From NCBI GenBank assembly GCA_036009745.1, contig DASYLE010000147.1, forward strand, positions 17,400 through 81,399: a stretch of 64,000 nt of DNA, in the 5' to 3' direction. The DNA is from Luteibacter sp. (lineage in GTDB: Bacteria; Pseudomonadota; Gammaproteobacteria; Xanthomonadales; Rhodanobacteraceae). A program made the translations under genes and the position numbers. A model generated the notes under the pieces. It saw nothing but the letters and a program-made list of their open reading frames with translations. It was not told the DNA's origin and made no database searches. Shown in pieces: positions 50,017 through 58,630 of this stretch. Every line of letters starts with the position of its first letter. The first letter of the stretch is position 1.

Positions 50017-51531
50017 TCACTCGACCACGATCGCCTCTTTGGCCTGGCCCGCGGGCCTTGCGAGTTTCTTCCGTGGGAGAAAGCTCGCCGCCACCAGGCC
50101 CAGCACGATGATTCCCAGCGACCACACGAAGGTGTGTCCGAAGGCATGCCCAAGCGCCGCGAGCACCGGTGCCGGCATGGCCGGAGCAGCACCGCCCACC
50201 GCGCGCATGCCGGCGATGCCGCCTACCGCGCCCGGCATGATCCGCGTTATCTGGTGCGACAGCACCACGGCCAGCAATGCCGTGCCCAGCGAACCACCGA
50301 CACGCTGGACCACGTTCATGCCACTGGTGACGCGCGCGATCTCATGACGCTCAAGGCTGCCCAGCGCCGCACTCATCGCCGGCATCATGGTTGAACCCAT
50401 GCCGAGACCGGTGAGGAAAAGCATGCCCTCGATGATCCACATCGGCGTATCGCTCTGGATCTGGGTGAGGCCAAGCGTGCCGAGTCCCACCAGGCCGAGG
50501 CCGACCAGCACGATGCGGCCAGGACCGGTCTTGTCGGTCATGTTCGCGGCGATCGGCATCGAGATCATCGCGCCAAAACCCTGCACCGCCAGCAGCAATC
50601 CGGCATCGAGTGCCGATTCACCGCGGACGAGCTGGAGGTACAGCGGCATCAGCAAAGCCATGCCGAAAAACGCCGTGCCGAAGAAGAACGAGGTCAGCGC
50701 CGCGGCACCGACGGTGCGTCGTCCAAACATTCGTACGTCGATCAGTGCGCCCTCGCGATGCCTGGCATGCCAGACGAATGCCGCGACAAGGACCAGTCCA
50801 CCGACCACGCCGCCGATTGCGTCGATCGACTGGAAGCCGCCACCGGCCGCGGTCTCGGCCAGTCCGTAAACGAAGAGGGCCAGACCCGGCGACAACATCA
50901 ACAGGCCGGCCCAGTCGAGCGCGTGATGCGGCTTCGGCTCGTCACGCTCGAGGATCCGCACCGCGGCGAACAACGCAATGGCACCGATCGGCAGGTTGAC
51001 GAAGAAAATCCAGCGCCAGGAGAAGTCGTCGACGAACCAGCCACCGAGGATCGGCCCGACGATCGGCGCCAGCAGCATCGGCACGCCGACGATGCCCATC
51101 ACCCGGCCCATGCGGTCGCGGCCTGCCGCATGCGAGAGGATGGTCATGCCGGCCGGCATGATCATGCCACCGCCGAAGCCTTGCAGTACGCGGAAGGCGA
51201 TCAGGGAGCCGGCCGACCACGCCATGCCGCATAACGCCGAACCCAGGATGAAGAGCAGGATCGAGCCGATGTACAGGCGCTTGGTACCGAAGCGATCGGC
51301 CGCCCAGCCGGTCAACGGAATCACCGTGGCCAGCGCCAACATGTAACCCGTGGACACCCATTGGGTGACCGTCAGCGACACGCCGAAGGAATGTGACAGC
51401 TCCTTGATGGCGACATTGACGATGGTCGTGTCGAGGATCGACATGAAGCTGCCGAGGACAACCACGGAAGCAATACGCAACAGGCGACGGTCGAGCGCCG
51501 TAACGGCGCCCGCCTTGGCGGGAGAAGTCAT
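50017..51531 (-). CDS. DHA2 (EmrB/QacA) family MFS efflux pump
   Basis: MSILDTTIVNVA, WVSTGYML, GWAADRFG, FRVLQGFGGG, SWRWIFFVNLPIG. Confidence 0.96.
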   Translation of the reverse strand: MTSPAKAGAVTALDRRLLRIASVVVLGSFMSILDTTIVNVAIKELSHSFGVSLTVTQWVSTGYMLALATVIPLTGWAADRFGTKRLYIGSILLFILGSALCGMAWSAGSLIAFRVLQGFGGGMIMPAGMTILSHAAGRDRMGRVMGIVGVPMLLAPIVGPILGGWFVDDFSWRWIFFVNLPIGAIALFAAVRILERDEPKPHHALDWAGLLMLSPGLALFVYGLAETAAGGGFQSIDAIGGVVGGLVLVAAFVWHARHREGALIDVRMFGRRTVGAAALTSFFFGTAFFGMALLMPLYLQLVRGESALDAGLLLAVQGFGAMISMPIAANMTDKTGPGRIVLVGLGLVGLGTLGLTQIQSDTPMWIIEGMLFLTGLGMGSTMMPAMSAALGSLERHEIARVTSGMNVVQRVGGSLGTALLAVVLSHQITRIMPGAVGGIAGMRAVGGAAPAMPAPVLAALGHAFGHTFVWSLGIIVLGLVAASFLPRKKLARPAGQAKEAIVVE

Positions 51532-52031
51532 GCGGAATTATCCGAAGGAGAGATAGGAAGCGTTACGAATACACCGGGAAAGTGGGCGCGAGTCAGGCTG
51601 CCGAGCGTGGCCACCGCACGGGTCAACGCAGCGCGCTCTTCCTCGGTCAGCGCGAGGACGAAACGCTCGGTCGCCCGTCGACGCGCCGTGCCGATCTGCT
51701 CGATCGCCCGGTGGCCATCCGGAGTAAGGGCAATGCGTTTGACGCGCCGGTCGTCGACGTCTTCGCGACGGGACAGCAAGCCGCTACGAACCATCGCATC
51801 GACCGCGCGACCCGCCGCGGCCATCGATAGCGACACCTGATCGGCCAGCTCATTGACCGCCAGATCGGCCTGGGCGTGATCGAGCACGAACATCATCCGC
51901 AACTGCGAAAGCGTCAGCTCAAACGTCGCCGTGGCCGCCATCACGTCCGCCTGGCTGCTCTTGATCAACGGCATGATCGCGCCGAGCAGGTCGGCGGCGA
52001 GTGGATCCATACCGGGAGGAATTTTGTGCAT
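51528..52031 (-). CDS. MarR family transcriptional regulator
   Basis: LTLSQLRMM...ELADQVSLS...VDAMVRSGLLSRREDVDDRRVKRIALT; ATGA overlap with the MFS gene. Confidence 0.94.
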   Translation of the reverse strand: MHKIPPGMDPLAADLLGAIMPLIKSSQADVMAATATFELTLSQLRMMFVLDHAQADLAVNELADQVSLSMAAAGRAVDAMVRSGLLSRREDVDDRRVKRIALTPDGHRAIEQIGTARRRATERFVLALTEEERAALTRAVATLGSLTRAHFPGVFVTLPISPSDNSA

Positions 52032-52136
52032 ACACGCAATAATACACGATTTCTATATAATTGCTATAACGCAACCTTTTATACAAAAACCAACCAAAAC
52101 AAAGGGGCCAGGCTGACCCGGCCCCTCTACCATGCG

Positions 52137-52586
52137 TCAAGCGGCGCGAATCAGACCGAGTTGCTGCAGGGCGGTCACGCCGTCATCGAGGCCGATTTCC
52201 TCGACGATCCGGCCATCCTGCAAACGAAGCACGGTCGTGCCGGTGAAGTGCATCTTGCGACCCGTGGCCGCAGGCAACGAGCCGACCAGGAAATCGCTGA
52301 ATGCCGGACCGGTATGCGTGCCGCCACCTTCCCAACGACCCACCACGTAATCGCCCTCGGCAATGAGGTCGGCGGCGCCCCAGAAATGGAGATCGGGGAA
52401 AGCCTCGCGGAAATCGGTCATGAAGGCCTTGATGTCATCGCGACCGTTTCGCGGTTCGTGCAGCGAGTACTGAAGGAGCATGTCGGGCGCGGCAAACTCG
52501 TCGACGATGCCGAGGTTGCATGTCTTGCCCCAGAAATCGTTGAACCAGCGACCGACGATGGCCTTGTTGTCTTCTTCTTTGGACAT
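52137..52586 (-). CDS. SnoaL-like polyketide/ester cyclase family protein
   Basis: MSKEEDNKAIVGRWF...FREAFPDL...IAEGDYVVGRWEGGGTHTG. Confidence 0.92.
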   Translation of the reverse strand: MSKEEDNKAIVGRWFNDFWGKTCNLGIVDEFAAPDMLLQYSLHEPRNGRDDIKAFMTDFREAFPDLHFWGAADLIAEGDYVVGRWEGGGTHTGPAFSDFLVGSLPAATGRKMHFTGTTVLRLQDGRIVEEIGLDDGVTALQQLGLIRAA

Positions 52587-52701
52587 GATGGTTTTCCTTG
52601 CGTGGCAGTGGCTGAAGGAAAAGCACGATCGCTCTTCCCTGCCTGCACGATATCCACGGGTCCGGCGCAAAACGCTCCGTTTCTTGTGATCATCGAAAGT
52701 G

Positions 52702-53346
52702 CTACGGCGTACACCGCCACAGATACCAGGTCGCCACGGTGCGATGCGGACTCCACGGCTTGCCGATTTCCCGCATCTGGCCGGGCGTCGGCGCGACATC
52801 GAGGCCTTTGAGTCGTCGGTAACCTTCGCGGACGCCGAAATCGTCCACGGGCAGCACGTCCGAGCGATCGAGTGCATAGATAAGCAACATCTCAACCGTC
52901 CAGCGACCGACGCCGCGGAGGGTGACCAGGCGGTCGATCAGGACATCGTCGGGCATCCCGACCGCCTCCTCCCGGCCCGGCACGAGACCGTCGATCCTCG
53001 CCTGCGCAATGCCGCGAATGGTCGCGAGCTTGTTCGCGGAGAAGCCGCAAGCGCGCTGCAGCGAGGGATCGGTCGCCAGCAATTGCTCCGGCGTTGGCAA
53101 GGCTACGCCCGGATACAGCGCCAGCAAGCGTCCATAGATAGCGTCGCCGGCTTTCGCATGCAACTGCTGGTAGGCAACGGCGCGAACCAGGGCTTCATAG
53201 GGTTCGCGAGCCGCCCGCGATTCGTGGCGGCATGGTCCGATGTCGGCGATATGACGGGCAAAGTCCTCGTCCAGGTTCGACAGGTGAACGGCGGCGCGCC
53301 GATAGGCTTTTCTGGATAGATCCGCGAATATCATTGCAGCATCCAT
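52702..53346 (-). CDS. DNA-3-methyladenine glycosylase II (AlkA-like HhH-GPD)
   Basis: LVRAVAYQQL, CGFSANK, LRGVGRWTVEMLLI...DVLPVDDFGVR; coupled to the cupin gene by a TGATG overlap. Confidence 0.93.
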   Translation of the reverse strand: MDAAMIFADLSRKAYRRAAVHLSNLDEDFARHIADIGPCRHESRAAREPYEALVRAVAYQQLHAKAGDAIYGRLLALYPGVALPTPEQLLATDPSLQRACGFSANKLATIRGIAQARIDGLVPGREEAVGMPDDVLIDRLVTLRGVGRWTVEMLLIYALDRSDVLPVDDFGVREGYRRLKGLDVAPTPGQMREIGKPWSPHRTVATWYLWRCTP

Positions 53347-53642
53347 CAGACGTCGATGATCACCAAGGTGCCTCGGCTACCTCTTCGCACCGAATGCGGA
53401 ACGCCCGCCTCGGCCAGGAACATCTGTCCCGCTTCCACGACGACTTCCTCACCCGCGACCTCCAGCAGCAGCTGGCCGGTCACGACGAGCAGCCCCTCGT
53501 TGTATTCGTGCGTCTCTTCTTCATAAGGCATCTCGTCCATCCGCAGGACCTTGACCTGCGCAGGTCCGACGCGCGCAACGATGGTGGACCTCCACGCCGC
53601 GGGCAACGCTTGCGCGACCGAATCAAAACGTACCAGGGGCAT
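53346..53642 (-). CDS. Cupin domain protein
   Basis: EETHEYNEGLLVVTG...GVPHSV cupin motifs. Confidence 0.85.
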   Translation of the reverse strand: MPLVRFDSVAQALPAAWRSTIVARVGPAQVKVLRMDEMPYEEETHEYNEGLLVVTGQLLLEVAGEEVVVEAGQMFLAEAGVPHSVRRGSRGTLVIIDV

Positions 53643-53783
53643 GCCGCGTCTCCACGATCAGTGAGTATGGGTCCAAAGAGGGCCGATCCGACGGTTATAC
53701 CGCGTGGACGAATGCACATACACGCGCTTGATCCCGGGAGGGGGACACTGGATATCCTCCCCTGCGGGAACCGGAGAATCGTC

Positions 53784-53963
53784 ATGGAAATCGATCATAA
53801 GTGTGCCCATGCCTTCTGCAACTGCCAAAAGCCCGAGACGGGCGAATACTGCGGCAGTTATTGCCAGGAGGCCGATGCCCGTGAAGCGGCGGATGGTGTC
53901 CCGGCTCTCCACTGCGGCTGTGGGCACGCGGACTGCGAGGCAGTGAGTTCACGCGAGGAATAG
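53784..53963 (+). CDS. Bacterial metallothionein-like protein (59 aa)
   Basis: RBS GGAGA; CAHAFCNC...YCGSYC...CGCGHADC (8 Cys, 4 His). Confidence 0.85.
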   Translation: MEIDHKCAHAFCNCQKPETGEYCGSYCQEADAREAADGVPALHCGCGHADCEAVSSREE

Positions 53964-54039
53964 CACGGCCCTCGCCTCGTCGTGTACACGTAGGCCGGCA
54001 TCCAGTAGCAGTAAGACAGACGGCGATCATGAATGCCCA

Positions 54040-54110
54040 GCTCCAACGGACTCGCGCACAGGGTGCGCTCCCACAAGTCCGCGGCACCCTCTGCGCGAGT
54101 CCGTTGGAGC
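54040..54110. repeat. 27-bp-arm hairpin containing a REP copy
   Basis: GCTCCAACGGACTCGCGCACAGGGTGC / GCACCCTCTGCGCGAGTCCGTTGGAGC; REP TGTGGGAGCGCACCCTGTGCGCGA on the minus strand at 54052-54074. Confidence 0.75.
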
Positions 54111-54288
54111 CGTGAGTTGATGATCGCTGCTTGGTCCTGCTTGCCACCCTCCCCACTGAATGGGCGTGGCCTCTCCCGCGGTTTCGGCTTCGTGTAGCAC
54201 GCTGATGCCGTCGATTGAGTCGAATACAACGGACAGAACTTGCAAGCCAGGCGGCTACCGTGTTGCACCCTTTGCTTGACTCTGACAG

Positions 54289-54312
54289 ATATTTCCATAA
54301 TTCTGGAAATAT
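54289..54312. promoter_or_regulatory. ArsR operator palindrome
   Basis: Perfect ATATTTCCA-N6-TGGAAATAT overlapping a CATAAT -10 box and the arsR start codon. Confidence 0.8.
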
Positions 54313-54652
54313 GAAATCAACTGACGCTCTCGCCTGCCTCGGCGCCCTGGCCCAGGAGCACCGCCTGAATCTGTTCCGCCTGCTTGTACAGGCGGGCGAT
54401 GAAGGCATGTCCGTCGGTGAACTGGCCGGAGTCACGGGTCTGGCCGGAGCCACGCTGACCAATCATCTGCACATTCTTCGTCGCGCCGGCATGGTCAGCG
54501 ACGAGCGGCGCGGCCGTGTCATTCAATGCCGGGCGAACTACACGCAAATGAACGGCTTGCTTGGCTTCCTGACGGAAAACTGCTGCGCCGGCTCCGCATC
54601 GAACGAATGCGCGCCCGCTGCCGGCTGCAAACCTACCCGGAAGGCCCGATGA
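54311..54652 (+). CDS. arsR: ArsR family arsenic-responsive repressor
   Basis: LGALAQEHRLNLFRLLVQAG...TLTNHL..LRRAG; C-terminal ENCC...C As(III) site. Confidence 0.93.
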   Translation: MKSTDALACLGALAQEHRLNLFRLLVQAGDEGMSVGELAGVTGLAGATLTNHLHILRRAGMVSDERRGRVIQCRANYTQMNGLLGFLTENCCAGSASNECAPAAGCKPTRKAR

Positions 54653-55167
54653 CGAGCGCCAGCAAACAACCCTATAGCGTGCTGTTTCTTTGCACCGGCA
54701 ATTCGGCACGCAGCGTGATGGCCGAAGCGCTTCTGAATGTACTCGGTGCCGGACGTTTCAATGCGTACAGCGCGGGGAGCTTTCCCAGCGGCACCGTGCA
54801 GCCGATCGCCATTGAGCTGGCGCGTGAACTTGGTTACACCGCACCCTTGCGCAGCAAGAGCTGGGACGAGTTCGCCCAACCGGAGTCGCCGGTCATCGAT
54901 ATGATCATTACCGTCTGCGACAACGCCGCCGGCGAGACCTGCCCGATCTGGCCGGGCCACCCCATGACCGCCCATTGGGGCGTACCCGATCCTGTTGCGA
55001 CGGAGGGTTCAGGGAACGAACATCGGGTGGCGTACCGGTCGGCGTGGTTGATGCTCAAGCGACGCATCGACCTTCTCCTGGCACTGCCACTGGAGAAACT
55101 CGACCGCATCGCGACCCAGCATGAGCTACGCGCCATTGGCCTTGTGGGCGCCCCCGATGGTTACTGA
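54649..55167 (+). CDS. arsC: Arsenate reductase (thioredoxin-coupled, LMW-PTP fold)
   Basis: FLCTGNSARS P-loop, ITVCDNAAGETCP.WPG.P, HWGVPDP. Confidence 0.95.
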   Translation: MTSASKQPYSVLFLCTGNSARSVMAEALLNVLGAGRFNAYSAGSFPSGTVQPIAIELARELGYTAPLRSKSWDEFAQPESPVIDMIITVCDNAAGETCPIWPGHPMTAHWGVPDPVATEGSGNEHRVAYRSAWLMLKRRIDLLLALPLEKLDRIATQHELRAIGLVGAPDGY

Positions 55168-56266
55168 ACTCGCCGGGCGCCAGCCGGAACCACCGGCAAT
55201 CAGCGGCTTTGCGCGCTACCTCAGCCTGTGGGTGGCCCTATGCATTGTTGTCGGCATCGCCCTGGGGCATGTCGCCCCCGGCGCGTTCGCCATCCTGGCC
55301 AATGCCGAAGTCAAGCAGATCAACCTGCCGATCGCCGTGCTCGTCTGGTTGATGATCGTACCGATGTTGCTGAAGGTCGATTTCGCCCAGCTCGCCGGCG
55401 TGCGTCATCAAGCGCGGGGCATCGGTATCACCTTGCTGGTGAACTGGGCAATCAAACCATTCTCAATGGCATGGCTCAGCTGGTTGTTCATCAGGCATGT
55501 TTTCGCCGCGTGGTTGCCCAGCGAACAGCACGATGCCTATATCGCCGGGCTGATCCTTCTTGCCGCCGCACCCTGCACCGCCATGGTCTTCGTCTGGTCG
55601 CGGCTCTGCGGTGGCGAACCCAACTTCACGCTCGCTCAAGTTGCCTTGAACGACACGATCATGGTGGTGGCCTTCGCGCCTATTGTCGGCATGCTCCTGG
55701 GTGTGGCCTCGATCCACGTACCGTGGGCGACTTTGCTCTTGTCCGTGCTGCTTTACATCGTCGTGCCCGTGATCGTCGCACAACTATGGCGCCGCCATCT
55801 CCTGCGCAGGCGCATACTGGAAAACACGCTACGCCGGCTCGACCCCTGGTCGACCAGCGCCTTGCTGGCGACGCTCGTCATGCTCTTCGGATTCCAGGGC
55901 GAACAAATCATCGAGCAACCGCTGGTGATCGTCCTGCTCGCCGTACCGATCGTGATTCAGGTCTACCTCAACGCCGGGATCGCTTACGGACTCAGCCGCT
56001 GGATGAGGGTGCCGCATTGCATTGCCGGGCCGGCTGCACTGATCGGTGCCAGCAATTTCTTCGAACTGGCGGTCGCTGCCGCCATCGGTATTTTCGGGTT
56101 GCGCTCCGGTGCCGCGCTGGCCACCGTTGTCGGCGTACTGGTCGAGGTACCCGTCATGTTGTCGGTGGTACGCATCGTTCAACGCACCAGAATCTGGTAC
56201 GAAGCTACGGGGCAAGCGTCGACAGCGACACAGCTTCCACCTTCACCGGTAACGCCTGGCCCTTGA
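55157..56266 (+). CDS. acr3: ACR3 family arsenite efflux transporter
   Basis: RYLSLWV, WLMIVPML, NWAIKPF, AAAPCTAMVFVWS, GASNFFELAVA, GVLVEVPVML. Confidence 0.96.
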   Translation: MVTELAGRQPEPPAISGFARYLSLWVALCIVVGIALGHVAPGAFAILANAEVKQINLPIAVLVWLMIVPMLLKVDFAQLAGVRHQARGIGITLLVNWAIKPFSMAWLSWLFIRHVFAAWLPSEQHDAYIAGLILLAAAPCTAMVFVWSRLCGGEPNFTLAQVALNDTIMVVAFAPIVGMLLGVASIHVPWATLLLSVLLYIVVPVIVAQLWRRHLLRRRILENTLRRLDPWSTSALLATLVMLFGFQGEQIIEQPLVIVLLAVPIVIQVYLNAGIAYGLSRWMRVPHCIAGPAALIGASNFFELAVAAAIGIFGLRSGAALATVVGVLVEVPVMLSVVRIVQRTRIWYEATGQASTATQLPPSPVTPGP

Positions 56267-57962
56267 GGAAAGGCGCGCGGGGCGTGATCTCCACGCGCAT
56301 GGCGTACGGCTCGTTCGCCTTGTCGCGGTCGACCTCGACGGACGCTGTCGCTGCGCCCTTACCGGCGGGAAGCGTCAGCGACTGGCTGTGACCATCGACG
56401 ATCAGGTCAATGAGCACTGGCTTCGTCGGTGCCTGATAACGGATCCTGGCGATGTAACGACCCGCGGGCAATGCGGCATGCCAGCGAAGCTTGTAGACCG
56501 TCGCGGGATCTTCGTAGCCGTAGCCGTTGTAGTTGAGGAAGTGTTCGGCCTTGTCCGCCTGCAAACGCAAAGTACCGTCTGGATCGGCGGTTGCCGCGAC
56601 GGGCCGGACATTGAGCCGACCATGGAATGCCAGTGCGATCACTGGAATGAAACGATCCTTTTGACCGCTCAGCAATGCATTGACATCGACTGAAGCACCG
56701 TCGTTGTCCTGCCGGACCTCCGCCCGCCTGCCGTCCTGCGCACCAAGGAGGGACGCACCGGCAAACGTGGTGTCGACGACGCCGGGAAGACGCAGCACGC
56801 CATCCCCAGGCACTTTCTCGACAAAGAGATACAACTTGCCCTCACCCACCGTCGCATGTCCGAACGGCAGCGCCGCGAAGGGCTGCGCCTTCGTGCCGTA
56901 GATCGCCTCGCCGTTGACCTTCGTCCACGCGCCAATACCACGCAGGACATCCGCTTCATACGGAACGACCGAGCCATCGCCCTCGGGGCCGATATTGAGG
57001 ATGTAGTTGCCGCCGGCGCTGACCACGCGTACCAGCCGTGCGATGTTCTCGCGCACCTTGCCCGGCAAGTCGTCGCGTTGTTGCCAGGCACGATAACCCC
57101 AGGTCTGCGGGAAGATCGAGGCTGGCGATTGCCAGGGCTCCTCGACCGCGACATCGGGTTCGGCGTTGTCGCCCATGACGGTGAAATCGCCCTGGTAGTT
57201 CCATACACGGCCCGACACCATGGTTTGCGGCTGCAGCTCATGCACGGTGCGTGCGAAGTGCGCGCTCTGCGCCGGCGTCGGCTTGCCCATGTCGAACCAG
57301 ATCTCGGCGATCGGACCGTAATGGCCGAGCAGCTCCTTCAACTGGGCGACGTTGAAAGCTTCCTGCCCCGCGGTTATCGGATTGCTGTTGCCTTCGATAT
57401 AGGTGTTGCCGCCGGGATGATGCCAGTCGATGGTCGAGTAATACACGCCAAAGGCCAGCCCACCACGCCGGCACGCGTCGGCCAGTTCCTTGACCACATC
57501 GCGCTTGAACGGCGTCGCGTCGACGATGTTGTAGTTCGTCTGTGCGGTATGGAACATGTTGAAGCCATCATGGTGCTTGGCAGTCACCACGATGAACTTC
57601 ATGCCCGCCGCCTTGGCCAGGGCGACGATGGCGTCGGCGTCGAACCTCACCGGATCGAACGTCGCCGCCATGGCGGCGTACCGATCGCCCTGCAAGGGCG
57701 CATTGGCGAGGATCTGTTCGCTGTAGCCGTTGTCGATGCGCTTGCCCTGCCACTCGCCACCCAGCATCGAATACAGGCCAAAGTGGATGAACAGGCCGAA
57801 TTTTCGGGCCTGCCATTGCTCGATGGTGGAGGCATCCGGGCGGGGGCCGCCAAGTGCATGCGGCTGGTCGACGGGCAACTCGGCCGCCGACACAGCGGCG
57901 GTGCACGTGGCAACGGCAAGCAGGGACGCGAAACAGGTTTTCGCCAGGAAGCGCAGAGTCAT
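56205..57962 (-). CDS. Secreted alpha-L-fucosidase (GH29)
   Basis: Signal peptide; KFGLFIHFGLYS, VTAKHHDGF, EIWFD nucleophile, NYILNIGP...W..VNGEAIYGT. Confidence 0.94.
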   Translation of the reverse strand: MTLRFLAKTCFASLLAVATCTAAVSAAELPVDQPHALGGPRPDASTIEQWQARKFGLFIHFGLYSMLGGEWQGKRIDNGYSEQILANAPLQGDRYAAMAATFDPVRFDADAIVALAKAAGMKFIVVTAKHHDGFNMFHTAQTNYNIVDATPFKRDVVKELADACRRGGLAFGVYYSTIDWHHPGGNTYIEGNSNPITAGQEAFNVAQLKELLGHYGPIAEIWFDMGKPTPAQSAHFARTVHELQPQTMVSGRVWNYQGDFTVMGDNAEPDVAVEEPWQSPASIFPQTWGYRAWQQRDDLPGKVRENIARLVRVVSAGGNYILNIGPEGDGSVVPYEADVLRGIGAWTKVNGEAIYGTKAQPFAALPFGHATVGEGKLYLFVEKVPGDGVLRLPGVVDTTFAGASLLGAQDGRRAEVRQDNDGASVDVNALLSGQKDRFIPVIALAFHGRLNVRPVAATADPDGTLRLQADKAEHFLNYNGYGYEDPATVYKLRWHAALPAGRYIARIRYQAPTKPVLIDLIVDGHSQSLTLPAGKGAATASVEVDRDKANEPYAMRVEITPRAPFLKGQALPVKVEAVSLSTLAP

Positions 57963-58053
57963 GGAAAGACACCGATCAGTCGACTAATTCGTATATGCAC
58001 CGACGATGCATATACGAACGAACCTAAACGATCGCATCGCCTGGCGCAATGAT

Positions 58054-58536
58054 CTATTTCAGTGAATCGAGAAGGCCCGTGGCACCGGGGCCAACGAACG
58101 CTTGCACCTGCTTGTTCTCCAGCAAGGTCCGCATCGCCTGCACGGCTCCGGCATCCTTGCTCGCGGCAATTTTTCTTACCAGGTCATCCAGCCGCGGATA
58201 AACGGTAGCCGCGACCCGCACCGGCGCAGCGACAGGACGGGCCTTTTCCGTTGGCGAACTCGTATGCGCCTGCGACGTCGTACCCTCGACCACCAAGGTC
58301 AGCAAATGCCGATGGTGCGTGCCGATGCCAAGTGAACCATTCGGCTGGAAGCTCACTTCCAGCACTTCAAGCGATACCTCGCTGCGCCCCACCTTCTGCG
58401 TGATGACATCGCCTACCGACACTTCCGGCTCGGTCGTATAAGGCACATTGACGCTACCCTCGTCGGCATCGCGTCGTGCCTTGAACTCCGTACCGTCGAT
58501 GATGACCCGGTCGGGCCATGCCGTTTTGGCGTCCAT
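58054..58536 (-). CDS. Hypothetical protein (beta-rich N-terminus, helical C-terminus)
   Basis: ATG with RBS GAGGA; 160-aa ORF with typical codon use; co-oriented with and downstream of the ART-like gene. Confidence 0.75.
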   Translation of the reverse strand: MDAKTAWPDRVIIDGTEFKARRDADEGSVNVPYTTEPEVSVGDVITQKVGRSEVSLEVLEVSFQPNGSLGIGTHHRHLLTLVVEGTTSQAHTSSPTEKARPVAAPVRVAATVYPRLDDLVRKIAASKDAGAVQAMRTLLENKQVQAFVGPGATGLLDSLK

Positions 58537-58630
58537 GGGCGTCCTCTCTAAGAGTCAACGATCTTGGCACGTCCCGGATGCTCATGACCGTGCGTCGTCG
58601 AATCCACCCGGTCCCGCAGTCAAAAACTCG

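Noticed and set aside
53232-53783. 243-aa ORF containing the metallothionein
   Set aside because: The upstream part is antisense to the alkA-like and cupin genes; the real start is ATG 53784 with its own RBS.
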